A stretch of 64,000 nucleotides of DNA from a virus. Position numbers and translations under genes: made by a program. How positions within the stretch are numbered: position 1 is the first letter of the stretch; every line of letters begins with the position of its first letter. The notes beneath the pieces are model-generated. The model did not search any database and was not told where the DNA came from. It was given only the letters and a program-made list of their open reading frames with translations. The stretch lies in IMG/VR virus record IMGVR_UViG_3300028909_000017, positions 61,415 to 125,414 of that record; one strand, given 5' to 3'. Positions 32,466 through 42,546 of this stretch are shown here, one piece after another.

Positions 32466-33410
32466 TTACAAATCTTTAACCCAAAAGGTGCCTTCAAAAG
32501 TAGGTTCCATTACCATTTCTTTGGAAAACCCAAAACTTTTTGCCAAATTATCATAAAACATTTTAATTTTATTAATTTCTGTACCTACCAAGGGGTCCCG
32601 CTTACTTATGCTTTCTGCGGTATGTAAAGCAATATGTTTTATATTGCTTTTTCTTGCTATTGAAATTAAACTCGATAGGCCTTCTTCCATCCAATCACGA
32701 AATAAAAATACTAATCTATTTTTAATTTCTTCGAGTTTTTCAACTGTATAACCATAACGAGGAATCATTTCTTTTGCCTGATAAAATTGTTCATGACTTA
32801 TCTTGGCACGAAGCATTTCTTTCCCTTTTTCACCTAATGTCGATTCAAAATCTTCGTATGTATCCGATAATAAAATAGCGGTTGCTTGCTTAATTGAGTT
32901 TATGAGATCAGATTGCACTTCATCAATTAAAATCCAATCTTTATTAATATCATCAATTCTCATCCATCCCACTGTTGTTTTCGAAACAGGGTGACCGGAT
33001 TGTTGACTGCTCTGATTAACCATATCTAAATATTGAAATAATAAACGATCTTTTTTAATTTCGTTAGATATATTTGCATTACGATTAATTTGCATTACCG
33101 TTTGCTTAACTGGTCGAAAAGAAGTTTCTGGATCATTATATGATGCATAAGAAATATTATATTTTTTGGGCGAAATATAATTATCTAAATATGATTTAAC
33201 ATCTTCTATTTTAATATTTGGCTGATTATGTCGAATCTTTTCAATTACATAATTAAATTTTTGCCCAATTTGTTGAAATTTTTTTTGAAAATCGCGCCAA
33301 GAAATTGAAGAAATATTATTATTTTTCATCCATTGATATACTGTCGATATAGCTTCATATTCTGGCGATAACGTATGTTTAAGGTCGGTTGTTATTTCAT
33401 AAAGTCTCAT
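32466..33410 (-). CDS. Hypothetical protein with DEVQSD motif (polyvalent-protein-like domain)
   Basis: GWMRI...ILIDEVQSDL; MRLYEI N-terminus; CATAAATA upstream. Confidence 0.5.
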   Translation of the reverse strand: MRLYEITTDLKHTLSPEYEAISTVYQWMKNNNISSISWRDFQKKFQQIGQKFNYVIEKIRHNQPNIKIEDVKSYLDNYISPKKYNISYASYNDPETSFRPVKQTVMQINRNANISNEIKKDRLLFQYLDMVNQSSQQSGHPVSKTTVGWMRIDDINKDWILIDEVQSDLINSIKQATAILLSDTYEDFESTLGEKGKEMLRAKISHEQFYQAKEMIPRYGYTVEKLEEIKNRLVFLFRDWMEEGLSSLISIARKSNIKHIALHTAESISKRDPLVGTEINKIKMFYDNLAKSFGFSKEMVMEPTFEGTFWVKDL

Positions 33411-33509
33411 ATTGTTATTTATGACAATGAACTACCGTGAGCCCAACAATAAATTTTTAATTAATTTTCGCTTCCGATAATTCTTTAATTAATGAATCCA
33501 CATAATTAT

Positions 33510-34430
33510 TTACTCTAACAATTTAATTTCTTCCGGAAGGATTCCAAATGTTTCCCACCAAAATTCCGGACCACGATCTTTAAATTTTTTCCAAACTTTA
33601 TGACCGTCACTTAATTTTTTATTCATAAGAATTACTTCTGCTTCCATCAATTCTTTAAATGAAAACATTTTAAAATCTTTTTCGTCTTTAATAAACCTTC
33701 GAATTAATTTCCTACAAATATATTGTTTACCTTTTCCACCAGGAAAAATATTTTGAGATATTAAAAGTCTGATTGTTCTTAAATGATCTCGGCTTATGGG
33801 AGATAAATTTTGGTCAAATAAAGAGCTTTCATCTACCCTACTACAACCTCCAATTAATTGAATCAATCTTTCAAAACCAAATCCAACATCAATAGAATGC
33901 TTATTAGGATTTACCAAATTACCTATTTCTAATTTATTGCTGAACATTTCACAACAATAATCACCATTGTCGGTTTCACATGATTTCCATATACATTCCG
34001 AATCGAATTTTGTTTTAAATCCCAATTTAACCCAAATATTTTGATGATTGGACATCGGATTACACGTTACATAATCAATATTAATTCCCAAATTATTAAT
34101 AATATTTGACCACATTTCGCAATGTTGTTCGTAATTATTGGTACCGAATCCAAAACTACCAACCATAGTAAAACTAGTTAGATGAGATCCATCTCCGACT
34201 AAATCGATATCATTTGTTCGAATACATTTTTGAAAAGTGCCCAACTGTGTTTTATTGGGATTATTGAATAAATGCTTTAATGGCTGCATTCCAGAACATA
34301 TAAATAATGTACTTTTGTCAATATCATTTGGAATAATGTTATTATTGGTTGACCAGATAATATTATTTTTTCTAAATTCATCGGTAATCACATTGATTAC
34401 TGATTTCGAATTGTGTCCTGCTGTGTACAC
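33510..34430 (-). CDS. Truncated alanyl-tRNA synthetase (catalytic domain only)
   Basis: LFICSGMQPLK, QKCIRTNDIDLVGDGSHLTSFTMVG, IDVGFGFERL, DHLRT; no editing or C-Ala domain. Confidence 0.85.
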   Translation of the reverse strand: MYTAGHNSKSVINVITDEFRKNNIIWSTNNNIIPNDIDKSTLFICSGMQPLKHLFNNPNKTQLGTFQKCIRTNDIDLVGDGSHLTSFTMVGSFGFGTNNYEQHCEMWSNIINNLGINIDYVTCNPMSNHQNIWVKLGFKTKFDSECIWKSCETDNGDYCCEMFSNKLEIGNLVNPNKHSIDVGFGFERLIQLIGGCSRVDESSLFDQNLSPISRDHLRTIRLLISQNIFPGGKGKQYICRKLIRRFIKDEKDFKMFSFKELMEAEVILMNKKLSDGHKVWKKFKDRGPEFWWETFGILPEEIKLLE

Positions 34431-34447
34431 AGCATCCTCCCAGAATG

Positions 34448-35365
34448 TTAATTTTGTTTTTGCAATTTTTCTGCTACAGCATTTCTTTCTTCTTCGTTTA
34501 ATTGATCGACATTAATTTTTGCTTCCAATAATTCTTTAATTAATGAATCCACATTTTTATTTAGTTTACGAGTTCTTTTATGTTTTATGACGGGAGATTC
34601 GGTAATTTCAGATGATTTATGTAAATCAAATGCAAGTAACATTGATAACGCCAAAGGATCAAAAACTATTACCAATAAAATAATCATCCATCGAACTGCT
34701 CGATCTAATAAATTTTGGTTGGGATTATCACCATATAACATTTCAGCAATATATTTAATTGGACCAACATCAACACTATTTTTTTGCAATTCTAATTTAA
34801 TTGGTGCTTCTTTTTGTTGTAATTGATTAATTTGATTTTGCTTGTCTTGTATATCAGAATTAATTTGTGAACGTTCTTTTTGTTGGCTATTACGAACGGT
34901 TAATGCTTTTGTTGCCCCATTTTCATTTGTACTACTCGAAATTATTTGGGTAATTGCATTATCTAATTGTTTAAGGGTATTTTCATCTGATTGCTTTTCT
35001 GATTGTAAAGTATTAATTTGCCTATCAAAAATTTCAATATTTGACTGAATAGAATCACCGGTTAAACTCTGTGCAATATGCGCTTTAGATAAGAAACCAA
35101 AAATTCCAATGGAAGTAATCGTCATTAAAATTATAATTGCTAATACTAAATAAATTCTTAATAAAATTTTAGTTCGATTCCAATTTTCATGCAGAAATAA
35201 AGTTAAAATTACTTTGGAAATTTCAAGGGAAATACCCATGATGACAACCGCAACAAATGCGCCAGAAAAAATACTTGTTAACCCATTAATAGAATATAAC
35301 GCCGCTGTACAACTTATCGATAATGCCGCAAATAAAAGAGCATAATCTAAAAATTTGTTTTTCAA
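34448..35365 (-). CDS. Membrane-anchored coiled-coil protein
   Basis: Three N-terminal TM segments, Q-rich coil, GPIKYIA...FDPLA. Confidence 0.7.
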   Translation of the reverse strand: MKNKFLDYALLFAALSISCTAALYSINGLTSIFSGAFVAVVIMGISLEISKVILTLFLHENWNRTKILLRIYLVLAIIILMTITSIGIFGFLSKAHIAQSLTGDSIQSNIEIFDRQINTLQSEKQSDENTLKQLDNAITQIISSSTNENGATKALTVRNSQQKERSQINSDIQDKQNQINQLQQKEAPIKLELQKNSVDVGPIKYIAEMLYGDNPNQNLLDRAVRWMIILLVIVFDPLALSMLLAFDLHKSSEITESPVIKHKRTRKLNKNVDSLIKELLEAKINVDQLNEEERNAVAEKLQKQN

Positions 35366-35381
35366 TTCATTGTCCTAAGAG

Positions 35382-36101
35382 TTAATCAGAATCGTAATCG
35401 TTTATATATTGATCATACACGAAAATTTTATTTTTTACAAGTTTTATATGATTCAATGTTTCCTGATCTTTTTTATTATTAATTAATGACTGTAAAATAT
35501 CGAATTGTGCCTCACGTTGCTGAGAAATCATTGCCTGCTCTTCTCGATTATGATTCCACATTCGATCACCTTTTTTACGGGCAGCAGCTAAAATTTTCCA
35601 TGCATCCGGTGAAGTCATTTTTCCATATTCTTCTTTACCTGAAACAGGAAATTTATTTCTCATTGACGATGATAAATGATCTTGAAGAATATGTGTTAAT
35701 TCATGCGCCACCAATTGATCGGCTGCACCTGATAAAAATGTTTTAATATATCTGGGATTCACATAAATTATTCGTTCGCCTTCAGCTACCTGGCACACTG
35801 CATTTGATTCGCCGCCATCCGGTATACCTGAAACAAATTCAATAGTTTTCGGATCTCCAATTCGTTTTTGTATTACCATTGGCAAATTTTTAATCATTGA
35901 TTGACCAACCGAAGTTAGTTCCGAATTAACTTTTGAATCTAAAGAATATGATTGATTCTTCGGAAAATTATGATATACCGAAATTCCACCTAATGTCGAT
36001 GCAGCAAGAGCGGCGACTGCGGCTCCCTTTTTTATTTTTGATGGGGTATCATCCAAAAAATTTTCGTTAATAGTTGGTTTATCAAATTCAATTATTTTCA
36101 T
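35382..36101 (-). CDS. Putative zincin metallopeptidase
   Basis: VAHELTHILQ and REEQA motifs; TATAAATA upstream. Confidence 0.6.
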   Translation of the reverse strand: MKIIEFDKPTINENFLDDTPSKIKKGAAVAALAASTLGGISVYHNFPKNQSYSLDSKVNSELTSVGQSMIKNLPMVIQKRIGDPKTIEFVSGIPDGGESNAVCQVAEGERIIYVNPRYIKTFLSGAADQLVAHELTHILQDHLSSSMRNKFPVSGKEEYGKMTSPDAWKILAAARKKGDRMWNHNREEQAMISQQREAQFDILQSLINNKKDQETLNHIKLVKNKIFVYDQYINDYDSD

Positions 36102-36351
36102 TACATAATTATTTATATGGATATACGGTAATTATAGTTCGAGCATATATTTCATCGCTTCCATAATTTCATTTGCCGCTTCTTTCCATGCTTCATCTAT
36201 TGATTCGGGCATTGAATTTGCCAAAAATTTAGATCGAAAATTACTATCGATTATATATCTCCTTGGTTTAGTGCCCGGTAATACCCCAGCTTATCGCGTT
36301 GGGATATTTTGACAAGACAATATTTTTTGCATCTGTTATATTCATAATTTT

Positions 36352-36428
36352 TGGTGGCCCAAGTGGAATTTGAATCCACAATCTTTTCCTTGAAAGGGAA
36401 ATGTCCAAACCAATTAGACGGTTGGGCC
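36352..36428 (-). tRNA. tRNA-Glu(TTC)
   Basis: Cloverleaf, CT-TTC-AA, CCA. Confidence 0.9.
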
Positions 36429-36667
36429 TTATTTTTCTAATAAATAAATTAGTTTTTCTTCATCGGATAATTTACGAGTAATTTCTGATTCTAAAATTAA
36501 TCCTACATTATCAATTTCGTAAGCATTATTTACACTATAAGTCACCCGGCTCGTTAATGTTGCAATTTTGGGGCATTCTTCGTTAATAACATATTCAACT
36601 ATATCTCCGATTTTGAATTTGTATGTGCTATTAGGTAATTCATTTATTGAAACCGGAAGAACTTTTT

Positions 36668-37339
36668 TCAATTAATTACTCCTAAATTATTATCTTCACG
36701 AATTTTTCGGGTTGCAAAATGTCCCATTACATTTCCAAAACCAAACTGCGACTCACATAAAACATAACTATAATTTCGATATGATTTATCTTTTTTGAAA
36801 TATTTTTCCATTTCCTCCAATGATGAAAATTTTTCTAAAGTTTGTGTAGGTTTATCCTTTGCATAAAGACAAACTTTATGACCGGAATTAAATAATTTTT
36901 TCCAAATTTTAAAACCATCTTCACTTAATGTTTCATCACTGTGCAAGCAAATATCTTTTTTTGAATCTTTAAGAATGTTCAAATAAACATCAGAAGCAAA
37001 TGGTGGTCGTTTTCTAAATGCGGGATCTTTGCCACTCATACGAACTACTAATGCGTACGGTCTTTTTTCTAATGAAATTCCCAATATTATTTTTTTCTCA
37101 TTTGTAATCCAATAATATATTTGGTCGGTTAATTCTAATTTATGAAAATTTGGTTTAATATTGACCACTTTACTTTCATAATATTCTAAATAATCTTCAA
37201 TTATATTTTTAATTCCCGGCCATGATTCAAATAGGTGATTTTCTGGTGACTCGACTAGATATGTTTCATTGAAGGAACTTCTACCGGTAATATCATTATT
37301 CCATTTGCCGCCAATTCCTAACATTTCATTAATTTTCAT
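36668..37339 (-). CDS. GNAT-like paralog family A
   Basis: MKINEM; PFASDVYL; SDETLSEDGFKIWKKL; TATAAATA upstream. Confidence 0.6.
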   Translation of the reverse strand: MKINEMLGIGGKWNNDITGRSSFNETYLVESPENHLFESWPGIKNIIEDYLEYYESKVVNIKPNFHKLELTDQIYYWITNEKKIILGISLEKRPYALVVRMSGKDPAFRKRPPFASDVYLNILKDSKKDICLHSDETLSEDGFKIWKKLFNSGHKVCLYAKDKPTQTLEKFSSLEEMEKYFKKDKSYRNYSYVLCESQFGFGNVMGHFATRKIREDNNLGVIN

Positions 37340-37370
37340 ATCGGACCTTTCGAAATCAATATTTATAATT

Positions 37371-37442
37371 GTGGTCCGGAGGCAATTGAAACCTCATATG
37401 GGATTCCACAGATCCCCGCCTAAACCTTTCGGCCACGGCCAC
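37371..37442 (-). tRNA. tRNA-His(GTG), degenerate second copy
   Basis: GGGAT-CTGTGGA-ATCCC anticodon arm; bulged acceptor and irregular T arm. Confidence 0.5.
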
Positions 37443-37477
37443 ACTTGTTAGAACCGGTTAAATCACAGTTCAAAAAT

Positions 37478-37553
37478 TGGTCTCCGAGGCCGGATTTGAA
37501 CCGGCGCCATATCGCCCCGAACGATAGATGCTACCAGGCTACACTACTCAGAG
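37478..37553 (-). tRNA. tRNA-Pro(CGG)
   Basis: C1-G72, TT-CGG-GG, A73-CCA. Confidence 0.9.
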
Positions 37554-38055
37554 ATATAGCAAACTACCCATACGTTGAATTTGGTTGGTTTTCCTTCCTT
37601 CAACAGTTTGCCGGTTAAACTTTATTAGATATTTCTAAACTTTTCGTATTACCTTCTTCATTAATCATAATTGATTCATCGCATAATGGGCATTTATATC
37701 CCGCAAATCCCACTATAGAGAATCCATCCCATTCAAATTCCTAGGATATTTTTGATCTTCATTAATTATTTTCGGGCAAGATGTATGATATATTTCCATT
37801 TTTAAAAGGCTTTCGACCAATGATGTCGTTGTGCGTTATTGAAATTACAGGCCAATGTTTGGTTTTGAGTTAAAACAATTTGAATGTCAGCGGCTGAATT
37901 TCCTACATGGCTAACAAGCGCCATTATCTTTTTGTGTGGTTCTTTGGAACATTGAAAACAATCGTTAATATTACCAGGTTTATTCGGCGTCAAAATGAAT
38001 TCTTCACCGCATGAACGACAAATTCGTTTATTCAATATAATTCCTTTCTTTAAAA

Positions 38056-38199
38056 TGGTGGCCCTGAATGGATTCGAACCATTATCTTTGCATCAATTCA
38101 TCCTGATTACAAATTGATAGCAACGGTTTACCGTTGACACTACTCCACTAGCAAGCACACGAACATACGTTTTCGATGTCTTACCAATATCTAAGGGCC
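38056..38199 (-). ncRNA. 144-nt tRNA-like RNA with expanded core
   Basis: GGCCCT/AGGGCC-A-CCA acceptor and AATGG-TTCGAAT-CCATT T arm enclose extra hairpins. Confidence 0.7.
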
Positions 38200-38591
38200 A
38201 AAATTATTTAAATACGATCTGGGTATTGTTTTCTATCTAATCCCGTAATTACTCGATCAGTAATAGATTCGGGATCACATAAATTTTTAAACTTTTTTAT
38301 TGCTTTATTTACCTCGTCGCGCCGCTGTGATATATATTCAGGCAAACGGTTCACCTTTTGATCGAAAACACAATATTTGAGTAATTGTGGTGGTAAATTG
38401 TCTTCTAACCACCACCCATCTTCGTCGGGGAACATTTTGAAAAATAAGTAGTATTCTTTACTCCCAGGAATACACTCCTTTGGCATTTCATATTTACGAA
38501 CATACCGTCGTTCTAGTAAGGCAAAATCCCAATACCAATCAATTCGGAGCATTTGGCCATTTGTTTTATCAAAGCCCGTTAATTTGTAATA

Positions 38592-38880
38592 CATGAACCC
38601 CCCTCCTTAAAGGGTTTGACTCTTAAGGCGATTTGCCCCAAGAATTTGTTCCTGCTTCAATAATACATAATTAGTAACTGGTATACCAGTTACCCCATTA
38701 GAGGTATTTCCACAGGCGTGTGAGGAATTACAAGTAATCCCATCAATTTCCGAAGTTCCTTCGGTATTTTGAAATTATAATTGAGTTTCTTGGTTATCGA
38801 AACTCAATTATATTTATTCAACTCGCTTATATTCCCAACCAAAGTTGGTGGTTTTGCTCGTAAGTCGGAAATAAATTCCT
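38592..38880 (-). mobile_element. Non-autonomous IS200/IS605-derived omega-RNA-like element, copy 2
   Basis: AATACCGAAGGAACTTCGGAAATTGA...ACGCCTGTGGA...GAAGCAGGAA; homologous to 24484-24735. Confidence 0.65.
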
Positions 38881-38962
38881 TTCAAAAATTTAATTATTAC
38901 GTCTGGGATCAAACCAGCACCTCCGGACTCCACGCCCGGTGTTCAGCACAGTATCGGTTTCG

Positions 38963-38994
38963 TAATTCATAAATGTCGCGACATTTATGAATTA
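38963..38994. repeat. Perfect 32-bp palindrome
   Basis: TAATTCATAAATGTCG|CGACATTTATGAATTA. Confidence 0.95.
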
Positions 38995-39071
38995 ATTCCT
39001 ACCGTTTAGCCCCGGGATGCACAAGTGCCCCCGCTATTCCCCCGATCTTTTGAACTTCGCAATAAACTTGT

Positions 39072-39623
39072 TTAGAATGCAGTATCACCGTAATCTTCAG
39101 TAAGACTTTCATGATTTTCGACAAAATTCTTGAGAGTATTATTAATTAATTCATTCAGAGTAATATCTTGCTCATGAGCTAATTTCATTAATGAAAATAA
39201 TTGATCATGCCTAAAATCTAAGGAAACAGTTACTCGGTCATCATACGATTCACCATTGGAAATAGCATGGAACTTTTCGATAAAATCTTCGTCAACATCG
39301 AGATCAATAAAAGGAACATTCTCCCAGGCTTCATCAATATTAATGGAGCCGGTTGGATCACGCTTTGCAACTTCCTCGGAATGTTCGTTGATATAATCCG
39401 GATTAATAATACGATATGCTCGATTATTTTTGTAATCACAAACTTCGATTTCAAATACCTTTTCGGAATTTGCTTCAAAAATAATACTGGTTTCATATCC
39501 ATTTTGATCGTCATTCCAATAATTCATAATTCGGGCTTTGTTACCATAACAATCCCATTCGAATTTTACACTATCGGTAATAAGATAGTTAGTAAGTTTC
39601 ATCCATTCATTTAGAGTAATCAT
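39072..39623 (-). CDS. Hypothetical phage protein
   Basis: Clean 183-aa ORF with GAAAGGA RBS; C-terminal AHEQDITLNELIN resembles an RHH element. Confidence 0.6.
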   Translation of the reverse strand: MITLNEWMKLTNYLITDSVKFEWDCYGNKARIMNYWNDDQNGYETSIIFEANSEKVFEIEVCDYKNNRAYRIINPDYINEHSEEVAKRDPTGSINIDEAWENVPFIDLDVDEDFIEKFHAISNGESYDDRVTVSLDFRHDQLFSLMKLAHEQDITLNELINNTLKNFVENHESLTEDYGDTAF

Positions 39624-39638
39624 TTTTGTTCCTTTCGG

Positions 39639-40265
39639 TTATAGTAATTCATCATTTTTGAAATAATGATAATACGGCTTTAATAGACGATTATCATTCC
39701 ATTGGTTATTATCTTCGTTTAATTTCGGTACATCAATTGATTTATTTTCGATAAAAATTGAAGTTGGGCCAGTTGTATCCAAAGAATTATCTGAATTAAA
39801 GTCGTCAAAAGATTTATTCCATTCAGCCTGAATTAATTTTACTGTTGGAATTTCTCCAGTTTGTGTTTTTAAATTTAAACCTGCACCATTCTTTTTGATT
39901 ATTTTAATTAACCATCTTAGTCCGGAATATGTTAATTTTTCGGTATCTTTAATTACAAATTTTAATCCCGATGCAATTAATGAAACAACTATCATTGTTG
40001 CTAATCCACCAATACCCGAAATATTTTCAAGTCGAACCAATGGTAATAATTTTTCATTAGTTTTTTCTGTAGCAATATACGCTTGCAATTCATTTTGGGC
40101 ATCAACGATGATAAAAAAATTATTAGCTTTATCGGTCAATTTTAAAATTTCATGCCCTTCAATATTTGAAAAATGTTCGGTATATTGAATAAGTGACGGG
40201 TTCCAATTTAACTTTGGGCAAATTGAAGTCATTCCAATTTCATTTAATATTTCTTTAATTTTCAT
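39639..40265 (-). CDS. GNAT-like paralog family B
   Basis: True start MKIKEILNE; LVRLENI...GLATMIV...LTYSGLRWLIKI. Confidence 0.55.
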   Translation of the reverse strand: MKIKEILNEIGMTSICPKLNWNPSLIQYTEHFSNIEGHEILKLTDKANNFFIIVDAQNELQAYIATEKTNEKLLPLVRLENISGIGGLATMIVVSLIASGLKFVIKDTEKLTYSGLRWLIKIIKKNGAGLNLKTQTGEIPTVKLIQAEWNKSFDDFNSDNSLDTTGPTSIFIENKSIDVPKLNEDNNQWNDNRLLKPYYHYFKNDELL

Positions 40266-40274
40266 TTTAACCTT

Positions 40275-40352
40275 TGGTAGGCGTGGTTGGAATTGCGCCA
40301 ACGACCTCGAAATTATCAGTTTCGCGCTCTAAACTAACTGAGCTACGCGCCT
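40275..40352 (-). tRNA. tRNA-Ile(GAT)
   Basis: Cloverleaf, CT-GAT-AA, CCA. Confidence 0.9.
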
Positions 40353-40408
40353 ATATTTCAATCACTTAAGAATATAGATTTAATGTTTTTGTACTTCACT
40401 ACTTTTTA

Positions 40409-40437
40409 AGTATATCAAATTTATAATCGATTGTCAA
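40409..40437 (-). promoter_or_regulatory. sigma70-type promoter
   Basis: TTGACA-17-TATACT. Confidence 0.7.
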
Positions 40438-40465
40438 GAATAATTTATTTACCATTTTAAATTAG

Positions 40466-40539
40466 TAGCGAGATCGGAACTCGAATCCGAAACTGTATTT
40501 TATGAGAATACCGAAATTATCCACTTTTTCTACCTCGCC
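40466..40539 (-). tRNA. tRNA-Met(CAT), elongator-like (Ile2 not excluded)
   Basis: Cloverleaf, CT-CAT-AA. Confidence 0.8.
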
Positions 40540-40550
40540 GTAATTTATAT

Positions 40551-40625
40551 TGGTTGCGGGTACCGGATTTGCACCGGATCTTTAGATTATGAGTCTAATG
40601 TATGACGCTACGCTACCAACCCGCT
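40551..40625 (-). tRNA. tRNA-Met(CAT) with initiator-like acceptor
   Basis: A1xA72 mismatch, GCGGG/CCCGC, CAT anticodon, lacks the three G-C anticodon-stem pairs. Confidence 0.7.
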
Positions 40626-40657
40626 TCAAAATTTGTATATTAATTCGTCATTTAAAA

Positions 40658-41275
40658 TTAAGGATTTATATAATCTTTACTACTACTCAACGAACCGTAA
40701 AATAGGCTGTCATAATCTCTTCCATTTTTCTTTTTCCGTGTATTATTACGATCCCAATTTTCTAGTAATTCTGGAGAAAAAATATTTTTTCTAATAAGTA
40801 ATACGGTTGAATCTTGTTCGTTCCAAATTTCATTTTCAGGAACTAATGATGCCAAAATTATATTTTTTGTTTCCATATTTAATACGTAGATACTTATTTT
40901 TTCACTTGGATGTTTAATTAAACTTTTCCATGCATTTTTCGACTCATCTGTTTGGTGAGTGTCGGATAAAATTTCACTATGTCGATTAACCGAAGTATTA
41001 ATTAAATATCTGAAACATCCTTGACCTTGATAATTTATATCTGTTTCCGTATACGAAATTTGAAATCTATTACCCGGCGTTCTAATTTCAAGGTGTAAAA
41101 AAGCTATCAAATTATCATTGTTAAATAACCCCAAATAATGGTCCTCTAATTCGATTAGTTCAGCAAATTTTAAATTTCCAAATGCAGATATCTTTTTTAG
41201 ATCATCAAATATCCATTGATATTTTTCCATTGGATCAGATCGACTAACCAAACTTACAATTTCTGTTATTTTCAT
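40658..41275 (-). CDS. GNAT-family acetyltransferase-like protein
   Basis: YQGQGCF acetyl-CoA motif; SDTHQTDESKNAWKSL; MKITEI N-terminus. Confidence 0.7.
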   Translation of the reverse strand: MKITEIVSLVSRSDPMEKYQWIFDDLKKISAFGNLKFAELIELEDHYLGLFNNDNLIAFLHLEIRTPGNRFQISYTETDINYQGQGCFRYLINTSVNRHSEILSDTHQTDESKNAWKSLIKHPSEKISIYVLNMETKNIILASLVPENEIWNEQDSTVLLIRKNIFSPELLENWDRNNTRKKKNGRDYDSLFYGSLSSSKDYINP

Positions 41276-41483
41276 TACTGCCTTATATTTAAAGAGTCAA
41301 TATGATCATGACCACATTTTGGATATCCACAACAAGGGCAATTTTTCTTTTCTGCTAGCTTTCCACATGGTGTCAGGCACGATGAACAGCGAATAATTGC
41401 AGTTAATTCAATGTCATCAAAATTCACTATTTCCAATGGAGCATTACAACCGTATTTGCATTTCATAATTATCCTCGTTAACG

Positions 41484-41593
41484 ATTAATATCGGGTGTTC
41501 CTAATATCTCCTTCGATATTTTGTAGGACTTGGACTTTAAGACCCCTATGCTGGCTTTACATCTTTTCGTATGTAAAGGCACCCGATATTAAT
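41484..41593. ncRNA. Candidate multibranch ncRNA
   Basis: 14-bp perfect closing stem ATTAATATCGGGTG/CACCCGATATTAAT with two internal hairpins. Confidence 0.5.
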
Positions 41594-42546
41594 TTTCTAA
41601 AATATAAATTAATGATTCATTTTCCGATGCTTTAATTAATTCGTTGGCATCCCAAAAATAATTTTCGTTATTTACATTTAACGATATAAACGACTCACCG
41701 GGTTTTAAAGTTTCAATTATTCGGTTAATTTGACCCAATATTAAAGTTGAGTTATTATGCAATGCAGGAATAACCGGTAACCATACAACATCTCCGATTT
41801 TTAATGAAATACCATTTCCATCGATCATTATTTTTCAATTTTAATTATCTGATGATCGTTAGTATTGCACTCGCCATTCATATGCATCAATTTAAGTTGC
41901 TTTCGATTTTTTGCCCACCATTGCCGCCAATTAATAGTTCTTTTATTGTTTCGTAATGGCAGCAAATGTTCACAATTTTTACACCAGAGTTGCATTAATC
42001 TTTCTCCTCTTTATTTTGCGTTTATACGGTGCGGACCCGTCTTTTCTTCTTTAACGATAACCTGCAGATTACCAACAAAGTGTCCTAAATCCGTTAGACG
42101 ATCGCGCAAAAATTATTTTTCCAATAAGTAAATCATTGCTTCATCGGTTGATAATTCACGAATAATTTCACTTTCCAGAATCGTAAATGAACCATCAATT
42201 ATATATGCCTGAGTTATGCCCGTCAAATTTCTACATTCTATAATTTTTCCTATATGAGAATTTCGGGGTGGTCTTTCGGAATAATAACTATATTCGACAT
42301 ATGACCCTATCGCATATTTATAATTCATTGAAGTTGTTACCTTTCCAATAGATATATTAACGATTCTTCCCTGGTTAATTCACGAATAATTTCATTCTGA
42401 AGAACATTCTAGCTATCAATATTATATAATTGGTTTACCGTTCCCGTTGAATAACGCGAAATAATTTTACCTATTTTGTTATAGATACTAGATAGTATCT
42501 ATAACAAATAAACCAATTTCATATTTGTATGTCATTTTAATCTTTT

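Noticed and set aside
33460-33505. Short imperfect duplication of 34515-34555 as a DGR template/variable repeat
   Set aside because: Too short, no reverse transcriptase in the window, and no clear adenine-specific mismatch pattern.
38056-38199. Selenocysteine/opal tRNA suggested by TCA in a hairpin loop
   Set aside because: The loop AATCAGG lacks U33 geometry and the body does not match tRNA-Sec.
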